Below, in pieces: positions 42,873-50,154 of a stretch of DNA of 55,089 bases. This stretch comes from Patescibacteria group bacterium UBA926 (GTDB lineage: Bacteria > Patescibacteriota > Doudnabacteria > UBA920), in NCBI GenBank assembly GCA_002293685.1, contig DBDS01000004.1, positions 100,479 through 155,567 of the forward strand, written 5' to 3'. Position 1 is the first letter of the stretch, and the number at the start of each line of letters is the position of its first letter. The notes under the pieces are model-generated. The model was not told where the DNA came from. It saw nothing but the letters and a program-made list of their open reading frames with translations, and searched no databases. The translations under genes were made by a program, and so were the position numbers.

Positions 42873-42979
42873 GTCATCCTCGGCCAAAGGATAAGTATCC
42901 CCGGGCGAAGACCCGGGGTTTCTCATATCATCCTGAGGCGCTATTAAATTGTCATCCTGAGGCGCAGCCGAAGGATCTC
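42873..42979 (+). repeat. cluster of four hairpin elements
   Basis: The copies start at 42873, 42895, 42927 (head only) and 42951. Confidence 0.85.
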
Positions 42980-42988
42980 TCTATAAGT

Positions 42989-43300
42989 ATGACACCACAA
43001 GAAATCAAACACGCAGTCGAACAAGTGAAGAAAGGCGAGGCACTGCTTTTAGATGTCCGTAGGCAAGAAGAATGGGACAAGGGGCATGCCGTAGGCGCAG
43101 AGTTGTTCCCGTCCGAAAGGATTCTTATTGGCGGTGAAGTTCCAAAAGTTCCAACAGAGAAAACTATTTACACGTATTGCCAGAGCGGCGGCCGTGCTGG
43201 ACGAGTTCGCGCCGAATTAGAACGCAAAGGCTTCACTGATGCTCATAATCTCGGCGGCTTGCTCGACTGGTCTGAGGCCGGCGGGGAAGTAGAGAGATAA
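42989..43300 (+). CDS. single-domain rhodanese-like sulfurtransferase
   Basis: It contains LLDVRRQEEWDKGHAVGA and the active-site loop YCQSGGRAGR. Confidence 0.8.
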   Translation: MTPQEIKHAVEQVKKGEALLLDVRRQEEWDKGHAVGAELFPSERILIGGEVPKVPTEKTIYTYCQSGGRAGRVRAELERKGFTDAHNLGGLLDWSEAGGEVER

Positions 43301-43311
43301 ATCTATATAAA

Positions 43312-43343
43312 GTATCCCCGGGCGAGCGAAGCGAGACCCGGGG
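43312..43343 (+). repeat. hairpin element GTATCCCCGGGCGAGCGAAGCGAGACCCGGGG
   Basis: It is a near-identical copy of 42095-42128. Confidence 0.85.
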
Positions 43344-43554
43344 ACTAAACCCACCATGTGGGTTTTTTGCTTGTTCTGGCGGGATATTTGTTTAGATTTT
43401 CTTCAGTTTTTGTTATGCAAAATTTGAGAAAACCTTGATAAGGTTTTTATTTCGTTTTGTTAGGATGAGAATAAGTATTTTTCTAGTGCCTCGAGTATTC
43501 CCTCACAGCGAGTAAGCTAGGGAAAACTATCTAACCTAAAAAAGGGTGGTTTAG

Positions 43555-44052
43555 ATGTATACTAAGAACCCCAAAATAGGTAGAATTAGATATATGTGGA
43601 AGAAAAGAAGACTATTATACTTACTCTCGAAACTAGAGAATAGGATTATTGAAGACGCTCATTCATTATTTCTGGGGAATGTAGCATATGAAAAAGGTGT
43701 GGATTCTGTAAGACTTATGTTGTTTTATATTCAGTATAATAAATGGTATTGGTTATTGCTTTTTAGTGTAGGTGTTGTGAGGGAGGGAGGATTAACCGTG
43801 AGCTATCGAGAGTATGAAAGGTCTAGATTAAAATACAAAAGATTGATAAAGGAATTAGACTCAGAATATATTGAGATATCTAATATAGGGGCGAGCGAAT
43901 ATGTAAGGATTTCTCCTATAGGTGAGGAATATATAAAGCCCTTATATTTCTGGACTGCTGTATTAGAGAAGTTTAAAATATGGCAAATTGTACTATTCTC
44001 AATACCAATAGGTCTTGTTATTAGGGAGATATACGAATACATTAGTAAATAG
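43555..44052 (+). CDS. hypothetical membrane protein (accessory island)
   Basis: It is a 165-aa ORF with a weak RBS (AGGGTGG) and two hydrophobic segments. It has no recognisable domain. Confidence 0.4.
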   Translation: MYTKNPKIGRIRYMWKKRRLLYLLSKLENRIIEDAHSLFLGNVAYEKGVDSVRLMLFYIQYNKWYWLLLFSVGVVREGGLTVSYREYERSRLKYKRLIKELDSEYIEISNIGASEYVRISPIGEEYIKPLYFWTAVLEKFKIWQIVLFSIPIGLVIREIYEYISK

Positions 44053-44160
44053 GTGTGGATAATTGATATGTCAAAATGTATCTAATTGATATATAATAGA
44101 TATATCATAGAGTTCTTTCCCAATGAAAGAAGAAATAGAAACAAATGTAGATATGAATAA

Positions 44161-44195
44161 ATAAAAGAAAAACCCGCTTGTTTATAACAAACAGG
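44161..44195 (-). terminator. minus-strand terminator after the tRNA-like gene
   Basis: The stem 44173-44180/44188-44195 has two C-A mismatches on the plus strand that are G-U on the minus strand. A U-rich tract follows on the minus strand. Confidence 0.6.
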
Positions 44196-44273
44196 TTGAC
44201 TTTTATTTTTGTATGGTTATATAATAAGCTTCTTGCTTTTATTGCCTAGACGCTAGGTAAGTTGATTGTTAAT

Positions 44274-44366
44274 TGGTACTGATATCCAGATTCGAACTGG
44301 AATCTCTTCCTACGACGGAATACCACTTTACTAGAGTGTTGTTTTATCCAATTAAACTATATCAGC
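44274..44366 (-). tRNA. type II (long variable arm) tRNA-like gene with encoded CCA; formal anticodon AGU; identity uncertain
   Basis: The reverse complement folds as GCTGATA/TATCAGT acceptor (G1-U72), GTTT-AATTGGATA-AAAC D arm and ACACT-CTAGTAA-AGTGG anticodon arm. It continues with a 21-nt variable arm, a TCCAG-TTCGAAT-CTGGA T arm, A73 and CCA. Confidence 0.7.
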
Positions 44367-44535
44367 TGAACAACTTACCTAGCGTCTGAGCAACAAATGC
44401 TCACAGTATTTCTTTTTCTTTTATCTCTAAGTTTTCTCAGTGGCTACAAGGGGATAACTGATTAAAAGTGGTACAACATTTCTTATTGTGTTTTAAACAA
44501 TAACCTGAAATGAGGTTAGAATCGGAAGCGTCTTA

Positions 44536-44676
44536 CTAACGCTTCTTTTTTTTGTTCGTGTAAGCTGGGAATTTCCACCATCCACCGTTTTTGCGATATA
44601 CGGTTTTGCCGTTACGCACTACGAATGGACAGTATATAAACCCGTCTCTAAAGAAGCAATGATTTGGATTTCCCAT
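44536..44676 (-). CDS. possible small basic protein (46 aa, MGNPNHCFFRDGFIYCPFVVRNGKTVYRKNGGWWKFPAYTNKKKKR)
   Basis: It was hand-translated and is below the ORF-track cutoff. AAGGGAG lies 6 nt upstream of the ATG. It lies inside a 17-bp inverted-repeat bracket. Confidence 0.3.
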   Translation of the reverse strand: MGNPNHCFFRDGFIYCPFVVRNGKTVYRKNGGWWKFPAYTNKKKKR

Positions 44677-44760
44677 ATCATACTCCCTTCTGCCTGTCGT
44701 TACCGGTTAGGCATCCCTTGCAACCGTGTTGTAGCCACTGAGAAAGCTCAAAGATATTAC

Positions 44761-44870
44761 AAAACCGTTCTAAAGCCAACGCTTTGGGAATTAATAAAGG
44801 CAAAACTTAATCCCCAAGTTAGGGCTTGAGGGATAAAAATATCCCCAAAGCGCCAGCTTCAAAACGGTTT
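44761..44870 (-). ncRNA. long RNA hairpin (27-bp outer helix) in the leader of a minus-strand transcription unit
   Basis: The arms are 44761-44788 and 44844-44870. All five mismatches are A-C or C-A on the plus strand and G-U on the minus strand. Confidence 0.55.
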
Positions 44871-44941
44871 CACTCCTGGTTAGTGTATTGGCTATTCGAC
44901 CCTAATCGAATTTAATTTATAAAGGTACTACAACTAGAATA

Positions 44942-44950
44942 ATTATAACA
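44942..44950 (-). promoter_or_regulatory. extended -10 (TGTTATAAT on the minus strand) for the structured RNA / small ORF / tRNA-like unit
   Basis: This was read directly. It lies just downstream of the minus-strand terminator at 45041-45068. Confidence 0.4.
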
Positions 44951-45040
44951 TGACACTATCTCAGTCCTGCAAATAGAAAAAAATAAAATAACTTGGCTCA
45001 GTTATGGCACTTTTTACTTTCTTGGAAAATATATCCACAA

Positions 45041-45068
45041 AATTGAAAAGCCCTCGTCCTAACGAGGG
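45041..45068 (-). terminator. minus-strand terminator after the transposase remnant
   Basis: The CCCTCGT/ACGAGGG stem is followed by CUUUUCAAUU on the minus strand. Confidence 0.55.
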
Positions 45069-45163
45069 TAGTCTTACTTATAATTATTGCAATTAAATTA
45101 ACAAATTTGAACCAACCACTCCAATTCCCGAAAGAGAAGACTTCTTCGACCTCATCCACGAAG

Positions 45164-45425
45164 CTATTGGCGAACCATACGGTTTAAAAGCACCGAGAAA
45201 ATTGGAAAAGGAGAGCGAGAGTGAGTTAGACGAAAGCTAAACTCGTTTAGATAGCCTTGTAGATACTTAGGCGAAACCCTGTGATAAGTGCCATCTATTG
45301 ATTGCTTAATTTGAGAGAAGAACCCCTCAACTGAGTTAGTATGAACTACACCAAAAGCGTATTCTTTCTTGCTTTAAAGGTATGGTTGGACCGAGTGTTG
45401 TTGATAACTCTTATTGAACGAATGT
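45164..45425 (-). pseudogene. IS1595-family (ISXO2-like) transposase remnant, C-terminal part only
   Basis: The start-less open frame 45164-45373 reads SKKEYAFGVVHTNSVEGFFSQIKQSIDGTYHRVSPKYLQGYLNEFSFRLTHSRSPFPIFSVLLNRMVRQ*. This matches the HTNxxEGFWSxxKR...YHxVSxKxLxxYLxEFxFRxNxR signature. The upstream part is out of frame or absent. Confidence 0.6.
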
Positions 45426-45478
45426 ACACCATAGGATATAATAGATATAGTTGTCTTAAGTTTTAACTCAAATTTCCT

Positions 45479-46507
45479 ATGAAATTAATTTCATTATTCT
45501 CAGGTTGCGGTGGTCTTGATCGAGGTTTTGAAAATGCCGGATTCAATGTAGTTTGGGCAAATGAATATGATAAGACCATTTGGGAGACTTTTCAAAAAAA
45601 CTTTCCTCACACCTATTTAGATACGAATGACATTAGGAATGTGAAGTCGGACTCTGTACCAGAAGCTTTAGGGATCATTGGTGGACCTCCTTGCCAGAGT
45701 TGGAGCCTTGCTGGTTCCATGCGAGGTATTGATGATCACAGAGGTCAATTGTTCTACGAATATTTGAGGCTGTTAAAGGATAAAAAGCCTTTGTTTTTTC
45801 TAGCTGAAAATGTAGCTGGTTTGATATCTTCCGCTCATCGGTCCAGCTTTGACAATATAATTGAATCATTTTCGGAGATAGGCTATAACGTCTCGTTTAA
45901 GCTATTAAATGCGGCTCATTACGATGTACCGGAAGACAGGTTGAGGGTTATAATAGTCGGATATAGAAAAAATGTTGTCAAAAAGTTTTTTGAGTTTCCA
46001 GAGCCTAGTAATACTCGTTTAAATTTACATCATGCTATAGGTGACTTACCAAAAGCTATTCCTGCAAAAGAAAAAAATAAGACGAACGGTTTGTATAGAA
46101 CAATTTTGCCAAATCATGAATATATGATCGGTGGTTTCTCAACAATGTATATGTCCCGAAATCGTAAGCGAAATTGGGATCAGCCTTCTTTTACAATTCA
46201 AGCTGGTGGTAGGCATGCTCCTTTGCATCCATCGGGTCCTCCAATGGAAAAATTAGGAGCTGATAAATGGATATTTAAAAAAGGAAGCGAATCTAAATAC
46301 CGTCGCTTATCAGTGAGGGAATGTGCCCGAATTCAAACTTTCCCAGATGACCATATTTTTTATTATAACGATGTAGCTGATGGTTATAAAATGATCGGCA
46401 ACGCGGTACCGGTAAAATTTGCCGAAGCTATAGCTAAGGCGATAAAAGTAGATATAGAACCATTTGTTGCTCAGACCTCAAAAGCTAAGTTAAAAGTTGT
46501 TATTTAA
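45479..46507 (+). CDS. DNA (cytosine-5)-methyltransferase, HaeIII-like
   Basis: It has motif I FSGCGGLDRGF, motif IV GGPPCQSWS, motif VI ENVAGL, motif VIII RVIIVG, QTFPDD and motif X GNAVPV. The variable region (KNKTNG..PNHEY..MSRNR) resembles M.HaeIII as I recall it. Confidence 0.9.
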   Translation: MKLISLFSGCGGLDRGFENAGFNVVWANEYDKTIWETFQKNFPHTYLDTNDIRNVKSDSVPEALGIIGGPPCQSWSLAGSMRGIDDHRGQLFYEYLRLLKDKKPLFFLAENVAGLISSAHRSSFDNIIESFSEIGYNVSFKLLNAAHYDVPEDRLRVIIVGYRKNVVKKFFEFPEPSNTRLNLHHAIGDLPKAIPAKEKNKTNGLYRTILPNHEYMIGGFSTMYMSRNRKRNWDQPSFTIQAGGRHAPLHPSGPPMEKLGADKWIFKKGSESKYRRLSVRECARIQTFPDDHIFYYNDVADGYKMIGNAVPVKFAEAIAKAIKVDIEPFVAQTSKAKLKVVI

Positions 46508-46572
46508 TTAGTCGCATATAATAGCGGTAAATTGTAAAGAATGCTAAACTGCGTGTAAGTTTAGTATTTTTT

Positions 46573-47454
46573 ATGCCACAATCAAACCAATCAGGAAGAA
46601 CTTTAGAATATGCAATAGTTGCAGTGATAATAAGTAATCACCCTAAGGATAAAATTGAATTATCCGCCCGTTTGGTGAATAACCAAAAAAAAGATCAGGT
46701 AAGTTTTTTGGCATTACCTGAAAAGGTACGGCTACAGCATATGAAGTATGCATCGATTGTATATCAATGGCTTAGCGATGATTTCAGAATTTCTCAAAAA
46801 GAAATTGTATTGGACAGAATGTCGGATGTTGATGCAAAATACGGAGACGTTACCGATATAAGAATAACTATGGATGGATCTAACCTCAATCTTTCAGTCA
46901 AGCATAATCATTTTGCATTGAAACACCAAAGACCATCTACTACTGCTATTAGATGTGGGTTTGCGCCTAAGTCCAAAGAAGATTTGGAATTTAGAAAGGA
47001 CTTGGGAAATATTACCGGTGCCTTTATAATTAATTCATCAAAAGATTATCCCGATGCTACACTGTTTAATGAAATAAAATCACAATCACCGACTTATATT
47101 AATAAAAATTTATATTTCCCGGTATGTAACCTAATTTCTGGTTTTATAAATAAGTATTCAGACCGAATAAACGTTGTCACACTCTTTAAATTTTTGGTAG
47201 GAGACACTGATTTCTATAAGGTAACAGCATTTAAGAAGCAAATTGTTATTGAGGAGTTCGCTAGACTTCAAAAGCCTACTTCGGTGACAACGAGACTTAA
47301 AGGTGATAGCTATATAATCTTAAATTTTTCAAATGGATGGGATATTAGTTTACGTTTACACACGGCGTCTTCAAAGATTGGAAAAAATCCAAGCCTGAAA
47401 TTTGATACTCTATTAATTAATTCGGATATGCCTAGTAAGTATATTAATGTATAA
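46573..47454 (+). CDS. putative type II restriction endonuclease partner (PD-(D/E)xK-like)
   Basis: It lies immediately downstream of the C5 methyltransferase. The candidate catalytic motif is GDVTDIRIT...NLNLSVKHN. No other domain was recognised. Confidence 0.6.
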   Translation: MPQSNQSGRTLEYAIVAVIISNHPKDKIELSARLVNNQKKDQVSFLALPEKVRLQHMKYASIVYQWLSDDFRISQKEIVLDRMSDVDAKYGDVTDIRITMDGSNLNLSVKHNHFALKHQRPSTTAIRCGFAPKSKEDLEFRKDLGNITGAFIINSSKDYPDATLFNEIKSQSPTYINKNLYFPVCNLISGFINKYSDRINVVTLFKFLVGDTDFYKVTAFKKQIVIEEFARLQKPTSVTTRLKGDSYIILNFSNGWDISLRLHTASSKIGKNPSLKFDTLLINSDMPSKYINV

Positions 47455-47595
47455 GAATAATACTTGATTGGTCTGGATATGGCATGAGGTGTTCCATTAA
47501 TCCCTTTACAAACATAGCTTACCAATACTGGGTTAATTATATGTTCGCCTGCCTAGATCTCAAAATTAATCAAAATATTCATTAACAAAATACAT

Positions 47596-48051
47596 ATGCA
47601 AAAAATACATCAATCAATCACAATCAACGCGCCTGTAGCAAAAGTATGGGATGCGATGCTGGGCAAGGGCACTTACGAAGAATGGACAGCAATGTTCAAT
47701 CCCGGTTCTCGGTATGAAGGCGACTGGAGTGAGGGCTCGAAGATTCTCTTCATCGGACCGAGTGGTGACGGCACCGACGGTGAAAGCGGAATGGTTAGCA
47801 GAATTGCTGTTAATAAACCTCATGAATTCATTTCCATAGAGCACTTGGGAATTTACGCTAATGGAGTAGAGGATACCACAAGTGAAGAAGCTAAGAAGTG
47901 GTCTCCGGCTTTCGAAAATTATACTTTCTCGGAAACAGATGGCGTTACTACTGTCACCATCGATCAAGATATTGAAGATGAATACAAGGAAGAATTCGAA
48001 GCGATGTGGAAGAAAGCTTTAGCGAAGCTTAAAGAAATTTGCGAGAGATAA
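47596..48051 (+). CDS. SRPBCC/AHSA1 (START-like) family protein
   Basis: The N-terminus SITINAPVAKVWDAMLGKGTYEEW is typical of Aha1/BPI-like SRPBCC domains. It is 151 aa. Confidence 0.75.
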   Translation: MQKIHQSITINAPVAKVWDAMLGKGTYEEWTAMFNPGSRYEGDWSEGSKILFIGPSGDGTDGESGMVSRIAVNKPHEFISIEHLGIYANGVEDTTSEEAKKWSPAFENYTFSETDGVTTVTIDQDIEDEYKEEFEAMWKKALAKLKEICER

Positions 48052-48060
48052 ATTGATTAA

Positions 48061-48092
48061 AAAAACAGTCGACGGTGAGGTCGGCTGTTTTA
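48061..48092. terminator. bidirectional terminator between convergent genes
   Basis: The ACAGTCGAC/GTCGGCTGT stem is flanked by A5 and T4 tracts. Confidence 0.7.
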
Positions 48093-48109
48093 GTATGGTT
48101 TGAAAAAAT

Positions 48110-48796
48110 TTAGTCATCATTCTTTGTTCCGAAAATCGACAGAAGTCGCAGAAACAAGTTGAGGATGTTGAGGTACATGCCGACTGCGAAGCGCAACGCG
48201 TTATAGGTTGTGTACTCTGCTCTCATCGCTTGGTTCATATCGTAAAATATGTAAAGCGAGAAAAGGAATATTCCCACCCAATCGAGTGCGGTAAACGCCG
48301 TTTGCATAGAGTAGCCGAACATTGTGAGGATGATTGAGCCAAATTGGCAAACGATCAGCGCGGTGAGTCCTGTAAAAAGGAATCCACCCCAATGTGCTAC
48401 CGATTTAGGGTATATCATTCCGGCGATGCCGATGACTCCGGTGATTACTATGGTGGCAAAAAAGATGGTTGCGACTGACTGGAGTTCGTACATTGCCAGT
48501 ACAGGACCAATCATCGCACCGAAAGCCATGGTTAGGATTGTGTACCCTATCGCAGCTATGAAGGTCGACTCAACAAAAGTAATGAAGAGTCCGATCATTG
48601 CCACTACGAAACATCCTAGTATCAGAATCCAACCTGGTTCCCAAGTGTAACTCACCATCGATGCGAAGCCACTGAGCCAAAGCCCTCCGGCTATGAATAA
48701 AACCATCTGAAGGATGTACAGTCTTGCTGATGCTCCTTCAGTTTGATAGTTGCGCCCGTCGCGAAAACGGTGCTGCTGCTGATAACTTTCAAACAT
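48110..48796 (-). CDS. Bax inhibitor-1/YccA family membrane protein
   Basis: It has seven TM helices and the C-terminal signature MYLNILNLFLRLLSIFG. Confidence 0.8.
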   Translation of the reverse strand: MFESYQQQHRFRDGRNYQTEGASARLYILQMVLFIAGGLWLSGFASMVSYTWEPGWILILGCFVVAMIGLFITFVESTFIAAIGYTILTMAFGAMIGPVLAMYELQSVATIFFATIVITGVIGIAGMIYPKSVAHWGGFLFTGLTALIVCQFGSIILTMFGYSMQTAFTALDWVGIFLFSLYIFYDMNQAMRAEYTTYNALRFAVGMYLNILNLFLRLLSIFGTKNDD

Positions 48797-48933
48797 TAAT
48801 TATCTAACCTCCTTCTGTATATGTATCGAAACAACTAGCTATTGTACGATACTTTATAAGTTAAGTCAATGCAATGGGGATTGGACTGGAATTTAGATTG
48901 TTGTTAAAATAACCATAATTAAGAACAAAATGC

Positions 48934-49683
48934 ATGACTATTTTAATATTTTTGTTGCCGTTTCTGTTGATGTTGCTACTCGCATCTATCAAGCAAATCA
49001 ACCAATACCAACGTGGCGTAAAATTCACCCTTGGTAAATACACCGGCATTATGGAGCCAGGTTGGCGTATTGTGATTCCGATTTTTCAGAGTTATCAAAA
49101 AATCGACATGCGTATCAAAGCTGTCGACGTGCCGAATCAGGAAGCTATCACTAAGGACAATATCTCTGTAAGCGTGAACGCCGTAATTTATTACCGTGTT
49201 GCCAGCGCAAATAAAGCTGTGATCGAAGTTGAAAATTTCTATTACGCTGTTTCTCAGCTTGCGCAAACAACTATGCGTAACGTGGTTGGGGAAGTCACTC
49301 TTGATGAATTGCTTTCTAATCGTGTAGAGACTGCTGAAAAAATCCGCGCGATTGTCGATGAAGCCACCGATCAGTGGGGAGTTGTAGTGAGTTCTGTCGA
49401 GTTAAAAGATGTGTTGTTGCCTGAAGACTTAAAGCGAGTGATTGGTAAACAAGCAGAAGCTGAACGTGAACGTCGTGCTGTAATCATCAAAGCTGAAGGT
49501 GAAGTTGCTGCTGCGAACAATCTCGCTGCCGCGGCGAAGACTCTGTCTGAATCTGAAGGAGCGCTCCACTTGCGTACGCTTAACACCATCAATGACATAA
49601 GTTCCGATCAGTCGAATACTATTATTTTCGCCGTTCCGATTGAAGTTCTACGAGCTTTCGAGCGACATAATAAGAAGGAGTAA
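48934..49683 (+). CDS. SPFH/band-7 (stomatin-like) protein
   Basis: It has an N-terminal anchor, an SPFH core (QYQRGVKFTLGKYTGIMEPGW...TKDNISVSVNAVIYYRV) and a coiled coil AEAERERRAVIIKAEGE. Confidence 0.85.
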   Translation: MTILIFLLPFLLMLLLASIKQINQYQRGVKFTLGKYTGIMEPGWRIVIPIFQSYQKIDMRIKAVDVPNQEAITKDNISVSVNAVIYYRVASANKAVIEVENFYYAVSQLAQTTMRNVVGEVTLDELLSNRVETAEKIRAIVDEATDQWGVVVSSVELKDVLLPEDLKRVIGKQAEAERERRAVIIKAEGEVAAANNLAAAAKTLSESEGALHLRTLNTINDISSDQSNTIIFAVPIEVLRAFERHNKKE

Positions 49684-49708
49684 TAGTTTTCATAAGTGGA
49701 TAAATAAC

Positions 49709-49738
49709 AAAAGCCAGATACGAATATCTGGCTTTTTG
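49709..49738 (+). terminator. terminator after the SPFH gene
   Basis: The sequence is AAAGCCAGATA-CGAA-TATCTGGCTTTTT. Confidence 0.8.
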
Positions 49739-49818
49739 ATTTTCTTAGCTCAAATTTGAGGAAAAATTAATCCGGACTTCAGGTTCCGTTTGTCATAATT
49801 CCAGTGTATAATTAATTT

Positions 49819-50136
49819 ATGATTGCGATGGCAAACAAAAAATCAGAATACGGTGAACTAATCGAGTTTTTAACTGATCAGTTTTTCAAAATCGAGGAAA
49901 ACTTTAGAAAGATTGATGAACGTTTCGACAAGGTTGATGAACGTTTCGACAAGGTTGATGAACGTTTTAACAAAATTGACGAGCGACTTGACCGTCTTGA
50001 AAATGGTCAAGATCATATTTTGGGAGAACTGCAGAAGTTGCAGTTGGAAAATACAGTGGGTGTGCACCGCTCTCACCGCATGGAAGAATGGATAATCAAG
50101 GCTTCCAAGAAAATTGATGTTCCGTATAAACCGTAA
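49819..50136 (+). CDS. small coiled-coil protein with a heptad tandem repeat (ERFDKVD)n
   Basis: It is a 105-aa ORF. The repeat is encoded by 21-nt tandem units at about 49915-49977. The start could be the ATG at 49828. Confidence 0.5.
   Translation: MIAMANKKSEYGELIEFLTDQFFKIEENFRKIDERFDKVDERFDKVDERFNKIDERLDRLENGQDHILGELQKLQLENTVGVHRSHRMEEWIIKASKKIDVPYKP
49915..49977 (+). repeat. 21-nt tandem repeat (GATGAACGTTTCGACAAGGTT x2 plus diverged units)
   Basis: This was read directly. It encodes DERFDKV heptads. Confidence 0.85.
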
Positions 50137-50154
50137 AACAGCCTCACGGCTGTT

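Noticed and set aside
45097-45240. Plus-strand start-less frame ..PTTPIPEREDFFDLIHEAIGEPYGLKAPRKLEKESESELDES*, which looks protein-like.
   Set aside because: It overlaps the 3' end of the minus-strand IS1595-type frame, which has a recognisable family signature. The plus frame has no start codon and no recognisable motif, so it is most likely a mirror-frame artefact.
44087-45450. 14-nt direct repeat ATATAATAGATATA at about 44087 and 45437 as att-like island borders.
   Set aside because: It is an AT-only low-complexity sequence containing a -10 hexamer, so a chance match or promoter similarity is plausible. It does not bracket the R-M genes. It is mentioned only as a weak note.
45479-47454. 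GGCC avoidance in the window as support for GGCC specificity of the R-M system.
   Set aside because: GGCC occurs frequently by eye (for example near 2546, 2953, 7883, 7992 and 9165). No depletion can be claimed without a proper count.
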